A stretch of 64,000 nucleotides of DNA. It comes from a virus. The notes beneath the pieces are model-generated. The model had not been told where the DNA came from. It searched no databases and worked only from the letters and a program-made list of their open reading frames with translations. Both the position numbers and the translations under genes were made by a program. The number at the start of each line of letters is the position of its first letter. Positions within the stretch are counted from its first letter, which is position 1. This document shows positions 56,328 to 63,949 of the stretch, piece after piece. The stretch lies in IMG/VR virus record IMGVR_UViG_3300021961_000019; one strand, written 5' to 3'.

Positions 56328-57314
56328 CTACACACCCATAGCGTCCAGAAGGGGTGAATGTTCTACCTCTGCCACATCAATCTGCAGGTTTTCTATTGAC
56401 TTCTCAAACAACTTCTTGCCTTCTTTGTTAAGATCGAATAAAACGTAATTTCTGCCGGTCAGAAGGGCACTCCTGCCCACCGTCCCAGACCCAGCGCAAG
56501 GATCCAGAACAATAGAATCCTCATCGCTAAACATCCTCAGAATACGATTCAGTAGAGCAACAGGTTTCTGTGTGGCATAATCCAGTTTCTCAACACCCTG
56601 TATCTGCTTAATGTCTGACCACACATCTTTGACTGGAATTCCATCCATCTCATCAAGATACTTCTTGACCCTAGGAATACCAGTATTGGATGAGTATTCA
56701 AGGCGATTGTCATCATGAAGCATCTGCATTCTCTCCTTTGATACATGCCACTGGAGATCATGTCCATTCCATTTATATCTCAGGTTGGGTCTGGATACAA
56801 CGTTTGGTTGACGATTTACCAGGGCAGATGTGTGATACTTCTTCTTGCGATATGGACAAATCTTTGCCTTTCGAACTGTCTCATCATCATACTCTTTATG
56901 CTCTGGATGATAGATGGACTCGGCACCCTTTTGATAGACTATGATCGTATCATGATTGCGCTGCAGTTGTTTCTTTGACTTGTGATTGCCGCCAGAGACC
57001 CATACAATCTCATTCTTAAATCTCTTCTCACCAAACACATCATCAAGAACAATACGAATATGATGTGAGATCTTTGGTTCAACATGCACAACAATATTAC
57101 CACGATCTGTGAGAATACGATGACACTCCTGTAGAAGTGGGCGCATCAACAAATCGCGGTAATCTGCACTTGATTTGAACCTATCATCAAAATGATAGAA
57201 GTCCCTACCGGTACAATATGGTGGATCAATGTAAACAAGATCTACAGTATTCGCTTCAACTTTCTGCAGCAAATCTCTACTGTCACCGATGTTGTACTCG
57301 TTTAAGATCTTCAT
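56328..57314 (-). CDS. DNA amino-methyltransferase (N6-A/N4-C, beta-class motif order)
   Basis: Motif IV VYIDPPY near the N-terminus; YATQKPVALL.RI and motif I VLDPCAGSGT near the C-terminus; probable start MKILNE at 57314. Confidence 0.93.
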   Translation of the reverse strand: MKILNEYNIGDSRDLLQKVEANTVDLVYIDPPYCTGRDFYHFDDRFKSSADYRDLLMRPLLQECHRILTDRGNIVVHVEPKISHHIRIVLDDVFGEKRFKNEIVWVSGGNHKSKKQLQRNHDTIIVYQKGAESIYHPEHKEYDDETVRKAKICPYRKKKYHTSALVNRQPNVVSRPNLRYKWNGHDLQWHVSKERMQMLHDDNRLEYSSNTGIPRVKKYLDEMDGIPVKDVWSDIKQIQGVEKLDYATQKPVALLNRILRMFSDEDSIVLDPCAGSGTVGRSALLTGRNYVLFDLNKEGKKLFEKSIENLQIDVAEVEHSPLLDAMGV

Positions 57315-57828
57315 AGATAAGAACCTCTTTCGCACGTCCTGTATACTTCTTACGAACTGCTGCTGGCACAGAACCAACACAGTATCCTGGCATATTCTTG
57401 TCTTCTAACTCATAACTGGGAATAGCAAGATACTCCCAATCAGAGATGTCCTCATAACCATTTGGTATGATGAACAGTATAACATCAAATGAATTGATTG
57501 CATACCTCACCTGACCATTCTTTGCTCCCTGAGTAGCATTCTTACCCGTGGTCCTTCGGGTCTGTTCCATGTGAAGGGAATTGCCTCCACGATACTTCAC
57601 TTGAATGCGAAGATTGTTGGTAGATAGACGATCATACTTCTCCTGCTGACCATCAGCATCATTAGGAGATGGTTTTGTTTGAATTCCACACTCCTCACGC
57701 AACCACTGGGGTGCGATAATCCTTTCCGTTGGAAATGCAAGAAACTTACCAATCTCTCTGGTGTCACCTTCGGTGATGAGTTCCTGAAACCCAAGGGCAA
57801 CAATTTCTGAAAGTGATGATACTGACAT
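57283..57828 (-). CDS. Putative PD-(D/E)xK-family endonuclease (possible Type II REase)
   Basis: YD(x8)IQVK motif, Y....FDVILF; overlaps the MTase start by 32 nt. Confidence 0.6.
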   Translation of the reverse strand: MSVSSLSEIVALGFQELITEGDTREIGKFLAFPTERIIAPQWLREECGIQTKPSPNDADGQQEKYDRLSTNNLRIQVKYRGGNSLHMEQTRRTTGKNATQGAKNGQVRYAINSFDVILFIIPNGYEDISDWEYLAIPSYELEDKNMPGYCVGSVPAAVRKKYTGRAKEVLIYEDLKRVQHR

Positions 57829-57829
57829 T

Positions 57830-57952
57830 TCAACCACCGTAGATCATTGCAAAGGTGAAAAGCACAAATAAAACAACTGTGAAAACCATCATACCAACAC
57901 CTGCCCAGATTACCCAGTTGGGCATTGGTTCATAATTGTGATTGTGTGCCAT
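57830..57952 (-). CDS. Small membrane protein (40 aa)
   Basis: Hand translation MAHNHNYEPMPNWVIWAGVGMMVFTVVLFVLFTFAMIYGG. Confidence 0.7.
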   Translation of the reverse strand: MAHNHNYEPMPNWVIWAGVGMMVFTVVLFVLFTFAMIYGG

Positions 57953-57995
57953 GGTGTCTCATATCATACAATAGTATTGTAGGGTCCAGAAGACC

Positions 57996-58775
57996 CTACG
58001 GCAGGTCAATCAGCAGATCCGGATCAAATCCGTTGCTGTCACTCTCACCAGTATAACCTGATGGATTGCAAATTACCCTACATCCTTCAATCATGTAATC
58101 AAACCTAGAATGTGTATGACCATGGACCCAATACTTAATCTGGGGATGTGCCAAGATCAGATTATCCAAGTCACTCACATATGCACCATTTGACTCATTA
58201 CGATACTTAGATGCAATTGATTGCAAACTTGGTCCATGATGACTGATGACAAATACATTCTCTGTGAGAGATTGTAGTTGCTTCAGAAGATACTTCTTAC
58301 TCTTCTTATGAAGATCAAGAGTATCATCAGGGTTCAACTTTCTATACTTTGAAGTAATCCTGATGCTACGATAATCATTCATGACTGTAGCAGCATCCAT
58401 CATTTCAAGAACATTTTCATTCCTGAAGTCGGTCCAAAGTGTGAACCCAATGAAGTTCCAGACACCAATCTTTACTGTATCATTATCAAGCACTTGAAAG
58501 TTGCTTGGAAGATTGCTTAGGATCTTTTTCTTAGCACCCTCAACGTTGTATCCATAGTATTCATGATTGCCAAAAACGTAGAGAATCTTATCATAGTTCT
58601 TACTGCATTCATACAAGAAATTATCATAAATGGAATGAATATAACCATCCGTCTTGAAGTGCCTTGCACAGAGAATGTCACCAGCAAGAATGAGAACATC
58701 ACCCTCACCAACAGGGAACACCTGACAGGCAGAGTAGTGCTCAAGATGTAGATCAGAGTAAACTTTGACTTTCAT
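57996..58775 (-). CDS. Calcineurin-like metallophosphoesterase
   Basis: SDLHLE, LAGDI, GNHEYY, SHH, HGHTH motifs. Confidence 0.93.
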   Translation of the reverse strand: MKVKVYSDLHLEHYSACQVFPVGEGDVLILAGDILCARHFKTDGYIHSIYDNFLYECSKNYDKILYVFGNHEYYGYNVEGAKKKILSNLPSNFQVLDNDTVKIGVWNFIGFTLWTDFRNENVLEMMDAATVMNDYRSIRITSKYRKLNPDDTLDLHKKSKKYLLKQLQSLTENVFVISHHGPSLQSIASKYRNESNGAYVSDLDNLILAHPQIKYWVHGHTHSRFDYMIEGCRVICNPSGYTGESDSNGFDPDLLIDLP

Positions 58776-58850
58776 GATGCTCCAATATCATAATTACGCA
58801 GGAGACCCTTCCCAGTGGTCCAGGAAGGGCACTTTACTATGTTTCAGGTG

Positions 58851-59300
58851 TCAGCGGGAATACAAATACCCACCCGACCAATCAGCGTTCTGTAGAACCC
58901 ACTCACGATCTTTAATCAGACGGAGATCGTAACGAACACCTTTGGCAGGTGCTTTCCAAGATGCAGACTTGTAGACTTCACCAGTCTTCTTGTCCACAAA
59001 ACAATGCACAGAACGGGACGCCCCAGCATCAACAAAGATGATCTTGTGATACTTGCGACCACTCTCAATCACATAATCAATGGGCAGTTTACCACTCTTG
59101 AGTTCATCAATAGAACGCTGATGATATCCATGGGCATCTTCTGGAGTGCCAACATAACGCTGATGACCACGAATTGCATACTCGCGATAGTTGTCACGCA
59201 GAGCATCAGTAAGCATCCAGCACCACTTAACCACATTCAACTGAATGGTGTTGCGGGCATCCTGCTGCGCAGCGTAGTCGGCAAAGGTGGTGGCAGTCAT
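58851..59300 (-). CDS. Conserved phage hypothetical protein
   Basis: GRKYHKI...SVHCFVDKKTGEVYKSASWKAPAKGVRY. Confidence 0.82.
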   Translation of the reverse strand: MTATTFADYAAQQDARNTIQLNVVKWCWMLTDALRDNYREYAIRGHQRYVGTPEDAHGYHQRSIDELKSGKLPIDYVIESGRKYHKIIFVDAGASRSVHCFVDKKTGEVYKSASWKAPAKGVRYDLRLIKDREWVLQNADWSGGYLYSR

Positions 59301-59320
59301 GGCAAGGTCTCCCTCTCTTC

Positions 59321-59375
59321 AATACCATCATATCCCCCCAGAGGTCTCTGGAGGGATTTTAATCACATGTGCTGC
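59321..59375 (-). promoter_or_regulatory. Degenerate class I cassette
   Basis: TATGAT with CCCTCC at -35 and a spacer hairpin CCAGAG-GT-CTCTGG; the TGCTGAAA box is degenerate. Confidence 0.65.
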
Positions 59376-59475
59376 AGATCAACCGCGCCAACCATGTGGA
59401 TATAGGATTGAAAGGACTACCATGAAGACGCCAAATGAAATGAACGCACCAAGCATCCAAAAGAATGCGATTCCA

Positions 59476-59607
59476 TCAACTCCGGACATACTCTTGTGCT
59501 CCATTTTTAATTGAATCCACACCTCTATCAAGAATAGATGTGACGCCATTAAATCCAACAGTAGCAACAACTATTCCAATAAAGACGCCAAAGAAAAAAT
59601 TGCTCAT
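59476..59607 (-). CDS. Small membrane protein (43 aa)
   Basis: Hand translation MSNFFFGVFIGIVVATVGFNGVTSILDRGVDSIKNGAQEYVRS. Confidence 0.7.
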   Translation of the reverse strand: MSNFFFGVFIGIVVATVGFNGVTSILDRGVDSIKNGAQEYVRS

Positions 59608-59742
59608 TTAAAATACCTCCAAATCCATTGGGAAATCTTCAGTTTTTGACATTTCTTCTATGTATCCATCAATATCGAAGATTTCCCCAGACATGTCTTG
59701 AATTTCATCCCAAAGGGAAGTATCAAAATCAAAGTCGTCCAC
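59608..59742 (-). CDS. Small acidic protein (44 aa, GTG start)
   Basis: Hand translation MDDFDFDTSLWDEIQDMSGEIFDIDGYIEEMSKTEDFPMDLEVF; SD AGGAG upstream. Confidence 0.7.
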   Translation of the reverse strand: MDDFDFDTSLWDEIQDMSGEIFDIDGYIEEMSKTEDFPMDLEVF

Positions 59743-59765
59743 TTGAATTGCTCCTGAACATCTTC

Positions 59766-59821
59766 AGTATATGTGCGGTATTGGTTCTGAATGGGAAAAG
59801 GGGCCAGTTTGCAAACTGGCC
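59766..59821 (-). promoter_or_regulatory. Class II early promoter (perfect 20-bp palindrome plus TATACT)
   Basis: GGCCAGTTTGCAAACTGGCC (59802-59821), 30 nt upstream of TATACT (59766-59771). Confidence 0.72.
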
Positions 59822-59843
59822 ACAGGGAATAACAACTCCACCA

Positions 59844-60056
59844 TCAGACATCATACTCTAAAACAGTAACATACTTCACGTTGCAGTTGAATTTCAAATA
59901 TCTAATTAAATCGGAAACATTCAACTCAGAATTTAGTTTGAACGTATCCACAAGTAGACCATCGCGAATTGGCGTCCAATATTCAATTGTTACTTCATAA
60001 TTGTGCTGTTTTTTAGGGGGTCGTTGGTACATTTGCGTAATGCAAAGGAATTTCAA
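59844..60056 (-). CDS. Hypothetical protein
   Basis: 70 aa ORF in the array. Confidence 0.55.
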   Translation of the reverse strand: MKFLCITQMYQRPPKKQHNYEVTIEYWTPIRDGLLVDTFKLNSELNVSDLIRYLKFNCNVKYVTVLEYDV

Positions 60057-60232
60057 TCTTCCAACACAGACACCTCATCACCGGTCATTACAATACCACG
60101 CCCACAAAAGGTTCCAATATCGCTGGTCAAAAGTTCTTGAAGAATGATTGCATCCTTCTCAGACTCCAGACAAACTTTGAGTAAGTAAGAATCCTTAAGA
60201 GATGTAGTAAATTTTATATAATAATCAATCAT
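60053..60232 (-). CDS. Small hypothetical protein (59 aa)
   Basis: Hand translation MIDYYIKFTTSLKDSYLLKVCLESEKDAIILQELL...; overlaps both neighbours by a few nt. Confidence 0.55.
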   Translation of the reverse strand: MIDYYIKFTTSLKDSYLLKVCLESEKDAIILQELLTSDIGTFCGRGIVMTGDEVSVLED

Positions 60233-60446
60233 GAAGAATGGTCTTCTCTAACGCATTTCGTAGTTTTTCAAAGTACAACCTAGGTGTATCATCCAAAGTA
60301 TACCAGGGCATACTATATGCATTATCTATATGATGAAATAATCCAATAACATCATCTGTGGGTGGAATGCACATCAATTCCCCGCGATCATCCATATAGT
60401 ACAAGCAATTAGATTGTTCGTCATAGTAAATTTTGGAGTTAATCAT
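60225..60446 (-). CDS. Hypothetical protein
   Basis: 73 aa ORF. Confidence 0.6.
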   Translation of the reverse strand: MINSKIYYDEQSNCLYYMDDRGELMCIPPTDDVIGLFHHIDNAYSMPWYTLDDTPRLYFEKLRNALEKTILHD

Positions 60447-60454
60447 AATTACAT

Positions 60455-60775
60455 TTACTTAATGAATTTGTTATAGAACCAACGTGCGGCATAAATTAGA
60501 CCAATGATGCCAAAGATCCACCAGAAGGTTGCAACCAACCAAAGACCAAACATGACAGCAAGTACAATACCCACCGTTCTAAGGTCTACGCCATCACCAT
60601 CATCGTGGGATGAGGATGATCCAGATTTAACATCTTTCGCATAGATAACCTTTCCACCTTCCCTGCGCTCAACAATATTATGTGCATCACTGATGGTGTT
60701 GGCAGATTGCTCCACCCAATATGCACTAGTGCCTTGACCATAGGGGGGTTGAACTTTGAATTTCCAAGTGCCCAT
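60455..60775 (-). CDS. Membrane protein
   Basis: C-terminal hydrophobic helices VGIVLAVMFGLWLVATFWWIFGIIGLIY; first gene after a class II promoter. Confidence 0.7.
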   Translation of the reverse strand: MGTWKFKVQPPYGQGTSAYWVEQSANTISDAHNIVERREGGKVIYAKDVKSGSSSSHDDGDGVDLRTVGIVLAVMFGLWLVATFWWIFGIIGLIYAARWFYNKFIK

Positions 60776-60797
60776 GAGGTCTCCTTCATCTACTAAT

Positions 60798-60857
60798 AGT
60801 ATAGGGGATCCCCAATCGACTGACGGAATCCCCTATGACACTTATTCAACTGTCACA
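60798..60857 (-). promoter_or_regulatory. Class II early promoter (dyad, hairpin and TATACT)
   Basis: TGACA-N10-TGTCA (60836-60855), 32 nt from TATACT (60798-60803); 9-bp inverted repeat ATAGGGGAT/ATCCCCTAT in the spacer. Confidence 0.72.
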
Positions 60858-61077
60858 TATCAACATTTGGTCCCCATGACCCGCGTTCACCACCCTTTCG
60901 CTGCTCAAGTTTATCAAGAAGTTCATCAGTTTTGATCAGAACATCAATATCAGCAACCAGAAGTGCAATCGTCTTTGCAACAAATGCAGGTTCCTGACGT
61001 GCAGCATATGCTAGTGCATTTCGTAGGGATGATTCTGCTTCGCGCAGAGAGTCTTCTACAGATTTACTAAGTGCCAT
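60853..61077 (-). CDS. Conserved cyanophage hypothetical protein
   Basis: MALSKSVEDSLREAESSLRNALAYAARQE. Confidence 0.8.
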   Translation of the reverse strand: MALSKSVEDSLREAESSLRNALAYAARQEPAFVAKTIALLVADIDVLIKTDELLDKLEQRKGGERGSWGPNVDM

Positions 61078-61079
61078 AA

Positions 61080-61457
61080 TTACCCAAAAGAAACAACATG
61101 ATTATCATATTCGCGGACCATCTGATTATAGGTCTCTTCATCCAAACTGTATGGTTCATCGGGCAGATAATCTGACACAACATCTAAACCCACTTCACCA
61201 TCAAGATTGACACTTACAGATTCAATTGTTGAACCTGCTTCCATTACAACATCAAAGGCAGACATAAACTTATCCCTAAAGTCACCTTCAATGTCATCAA
61301 GAAGATCAATAGCAGTAATCAAATTGCACACACTATCAAAATCGCCACTATTGCGGCGAACAGCAACATTCAGAAGATCACGTACAGAAGATAAGCGAAC
61401 CATGCTTTCTTCAATATCGTTCATAACATTCCAAAGGCGATCACTAACAACAGACAT
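61080..61457 (-). CDS. Hypothetical acidic protein
   Basis: 125 aa ORF. Confidence 0.7.
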   Translation of the reverse strand: MSVVSDRLWNVMNDIEESMVRLSSVRDLLNVAVRRNSGDFDSVCNLITAIDLLDDIEGDFRDKFMSAFDVVMEAGSTIESVSVNLDGEVGLDVVSDYLPDEPYSLDEETYNQMVREYDNHVVSFG

Positions 61458-61459
61458 AA

Positions 61460-61672
61460 TTAATACCTCTTTTTTATTCCTTTAAGGTCATGTGAACATG
61501 GGTGACAATAATAAGAATACCCATCACGAAAATGCTTCACAACCTCATAATTCTCAGTGTTTAAGAGTTTGTCCACTCCACACCTTTTACAAACTCTAGT
61601 CGTTGGAATTGTCCTTCCTAGACTTCTTGAGTTTTTTATAAAGTTTTTTAATTTCCTGATAAGCTTGGTCAC
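61460..61672 (-). CDS. Small CxxC...CxxC zinc-ribbon protein (start uncertain)
   Basis: RVCKRCGVDKLL...YSYYCHPC. Confidence 0.6.
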   Translation of the reverse strand: MTKLIRKLKNFIKNSRSLGRTIPTTRVCKRCGVDKLLNTENYEVVKHFRDGYSYYCHPCSHDLKGIKKRY

Positions 61673-61769
61673 TTGTAATTTTGTCCCCTAATTCCAAAGC
61701 AACAATAATCTCCACACGGTCGCCAAAATAGGCCAGATTTCTTTCAAACTTTGAAAGATCTTCGTACAT
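61596..61769 (-). CDS. Small conserved protein (57 aa)
   Basis: Hand translation MYEDLSKFERNLAYFGDRVEIIVALELGDKITSDQAYQEIKKLYKKLKKSRKDNSND. Confidence 0.72.
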   Translation of the reverse strand: MYEDLSKFERNLAYFGDRVEIIVALELGDKITSDQAYQEIKKLYKKLKKSRKDNSND

Positions 61770-61792
61770 AATGTCTTAACCTCCTACTTTAA

Positions 61793-61999
61793 TCATAGTA
61801 AAGGTTCCTGCTTTTTGTCAAGACGTGCTTGCAGTCTATTTACATCAGATCTGAGTTGATCATTCTCATTCATAAGAAATGAGACCTTCTTATCAAGTTC
61901 CATGATCCAATCTACAATACTGTAACTAACCTCATCAGAATTGCGATTTCGAATATCATACTTTTCCAGGATGCCCTTCCACTTCTTATCTAAACTCAT
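61793..61999 (-). CDS. Small coiled-coil protein
   Basis: 68 aa; ELDKKVSFLMNENDQLRSDVNRLQARL. Confidence 0.65.
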   Translation of the reverse strand: MSLDKKWKGILEKYDIRNRNSDEVSYSIVDWIMELDKKVSFLMNENDQLRSDVNRLQARLDKKQEPLL

Positions 62000-62232
62000 A
62001 GTTTTCCTCCGACTGTTCCATCATTCAGAACTCTACTGTTTTCTTCACCCCACCCCTCTTGTCTACCTTTGAGGTAGAAGCGAGCGCCATCAATACATCC
62101 TTGCTCATCTAAAGCAGTTACTAACTCTTCTCCATCTTTTGTTGCACTGTGCCACAAACCATACTTAGTTTCATAGACGCGAAAGCAATCATCAATCCAA
62201 TTGACTTCGGCAATCTCCGGATGTTCAGACAT
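61996..62232 (-). CDS. Conserved cyanophage hypothetical protein
   Basis: WIDDCFRVYETKYGLWHS...FYLKGRQEGW...Y/GTVGGKL; probable start MSEHP at 62232. Confidence 0.75.
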   Translation of the reverse strand: MSEHPEIAEVNWIDDCFRVYETKYGLWHSATKDGEELVTALDEQGCIDGARFYLKGRQEGWGEENSRVLNDGTVGGKL

Positions 62233-62233
62233 A

Positions 62234-62365
62234 TCAAAGATCCTCAAGACGTGCTTTATTCTCCAAGCAAGTCTGCCTGTATCTGTTAAGTGCTTCTAGG
62301 AATTCGGGTGTCTCCACCCACTCCCAAACATCACCATTCTTTGTTGTATGTGTCTTGGTTTCCAT
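62234..62365 (-). CDS. Small protein (43 aa)
   Basis: Hand translation METKTHTTKNGDVWEWVETPEFLEALNRYRQTCLENKARLEDL. Confidence 0.65.
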   Translation of the reverse strand: METKTHTTKNGDVWEWVETPEFLEALNRYRQTCLENKARLEDL

Positions 62366-62367
62366 AA

Positions 62368-62502
62368 TCATTTAATCAAATTAGTTAATAGTGCGGAAAA
62401 GTTTGCCTTTCCCTTCATCAGCATAGCACAGATGATCAGAATGTCAAACAATACAAAGGATAGAAATATGATTGACAGTTGAATGTGATTATTTTTTTGC
62501 AT
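62368..62502 (-). CDS. Small membrane protein
   Basis: MMQKNNHIQLSIIFLSFVLFDILIICAMLMKGKANFSALL; start inferred. Confidence 0.5.
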   Translation of the reverse strand: MQKNNHIQLSIIFLSFVLFDILIICAMLMKGKANFSALLTNLIK

Positions 62503-62716
62503 CATAATGTATTTCAATGACGAGTGGTGGTTTATCGTTCCAATGTCTAATTGCATTGGCAATAATGAATGCATTGGTGGCCAGATACGCGAATAAGATC
62601 ACGGTTCGTATCACCGCAACATTATCAGATTCTTTACTGCAGGAAGATGCTTTTTCTCCAAGTGCCTTGCACCAGAGTCTCCAGATTAACCGAAGCTTCG
62701 ATTTAAGTCGTACCAT
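62489..62716 (-). CDS. Conserved small membrane protein
   Basis: WRLWCKALGEKA...DNVAVIRTVILFAYLATNAFIIANAIRHWN. Confidence 0.75.
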   Translation of the reverse strand: MVRLKSKLRLIWRLWCKALGEKASSCSKESDNVAVIRTVILFAYLATNAFIIANAIRHWNDKPPLVIEIHYDAKK

Positions 62717-62850
62717 CGATTTCCAAGTAAAACGCGATTCATAATTCTATGCAAAAGACTGGGCCTAACCTTTTTCATGATGTGAATTCCATCTCCACAA
62801 TCATCATTCAAAGACCAGTACCCAACGTATAACTCAGACTCGGACTTCAT
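62686..62850 (-). CDS. Small protein (54 aa), paralogue of 63302..63523
   Basis: Hand translation MKSESELYVGYWSLNDDCGDGIHIMKKVRPSLLHRIMNRVLLGNRWYDLNRSFG. Confidence 0.6.
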   Translation of the reverse strand: MKSESELYVGYWSLNDDCGDGIHIMKKVRPSLLHRIMNRVLLGNRWYDLNRSFG

Positions 62851-63292
62851 AATACTGTCCAACTAAGAATACCTGACCAGTAGAGTCTTTCTTACCAACA
62901 GTTTGGCGAAGACGAATTGTGTCCCCATCAAGAAGTCTAATCTCTTCCCTAAACTTCATACCACTATATGCTGTGTTGAGCACAACGCAGTCATCATCAA
63001 TCATATGAATATTACACTCTGTCTCATCTTTGGTCATATAACCAATATCACGCTTAAGAACCTCACCATCAGTCTCTGTGATCATTTCGCCTTCAGAGAT
63101 CAACTTTTCTGTATGAACATCGGAAGTTTTCCAAGCAAGTCTGGAACGCACAACATCTCCAGTATCGCTCAGAATTTCAACTTCAAGTTTTGATCGAGAG
63201 TTGTCAATAACCCCACTTTCAGTATACAAATATCTGCGATGAGAAACCCACTCTCCAGCAGTTCTTCTCAGAAAATTCCTAAAATCACTCAT
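62834..63292 (-). CDS. S/U-type phycobiliprotein (bilin) lyase, CpcV/CpcS-like
   Basis: FLRRTAGEWVSHRRYLY, LKRDIGY, LNTAYSG..FREEIRL, RLRQT...VGQYYEVR match the CpcS/CpcV beta-barrel pattern. Confidence 0.85.
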   Translation of the reverse strand: MSDFRNFLRRTAGEWVSHRRYLYTESGVIDNSRSKLEVEILSDTGDVVRSRLAWKTSDVHTEKLISEGEMITETDGEVLKRDIGYMTKDETECNIHMIDDDCVVLNTAYSGMKFREEIRLLDGDTIRLRQTVGKKDSTGQVFLVGQYYEVRV

Positions 63293-63301
63293 ACATTTGC
63301 C

Positions 63302-63523
63302 TCAATTAGAATCAAACCACACATGACCAAACATAACATGCATCACAACTCTTGTAATCCATGATGGTCTATTTTGCCTCACGACGCAGTATTTTGTTCC
63401 CCCGTCATCATGGTGCAGGCTCCAATATCCAGCTGGTCTTGCAAATCTTATTTTTGCTGGATGCCCCGTTTTATCCCCATGAAGGATCTTTTCAAGTATC
63501 GCCTTCATCTCCCCCAAATCCAA
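63302..63523 (-). CDS. Small hypothetical protein
   Basis: AGYWSL...RPSWITRVVMHVMFGHVWFD. Confidence 0.6.
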   Translation of the reverse strand: MDLGEMKAILEKILHGDKTGHPAKIRFARPAGYWSLHHDDGGTKYCVVRQNRPSWITRVVMHVMFGHVWFDSN

Positions 63524-63698
63524 GTGCTCTTACCTTTTGAACATCTATAATAAGTTGTTGCTTTTGCTCATCAAACTGAACACCATCTCCCTTATCAAGG
63601 AGTGATGCCAATCCAACGGCAATACAATATTCACATACCTTCCAACCAAAAGCAGATCCCAAAATAAATGACAAAATTACATAAACTGGTGTGGGCAT
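63492..63698 (-). CDS. Small membrane protein
   Basis: Hydrophobic N-terminus VYVILSFILGSAFGW. Confidence 0.6.
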   Translation of the reverse strand: MPTPVYVILSFILGSAFGWKVCEYCIAVGLASLLDKGDGVQFDEQKQQLIIDVQKVRALGFGGDEGDT

Positions 63699-63700
63699 AA

Positions 63701-63949
63701 TTACCTCATTACACTAAAAGGATTTCTATCTGGATATGCATAAAATTGAACATAACGCGATAATCTATCCAATTTTGCGGGATCCATCAACATAGATGCT
63801 GGGACCGCGTTTAATTGTTTGTTGTATTTATGCATCCACGTTTTTAGTCTACTCAAAAGAACCGTCTCACCATCACTTGTGTTTTTGTAGATGTGATGGA
63901 GATCATAATACAATTGAATAACCTTGCTCTCATTGCATATCATGCTCAC
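63701..63949 (-). CDS. Hypothetical protein
   Basis: 82 aa ORF. Confidence 0.6.
   Translation of the reverse strand: MSMICNESKVIQLYYDLHHIYKNTSDGETVLLSRLKTWMHKYNKQLNAVPASMLMDPAKLDRLSRYVQFYAYPDRNPFSVMR

Noticed and set aside
56328-57314. Link between MTase specificity and the CTAG/GATC-containing repeats
   Set aside because: Target specificity cannot be inferred from the sequence; there is no evidence without a methylome.
61460-61672. Apparent frameshift between the 57 aa ORF and the zinc-ribbon ORF
   Set aside because: Recounting the G-run shows 61596..61769 is intact; the two are simply overlapping genes with an uncertain second start.
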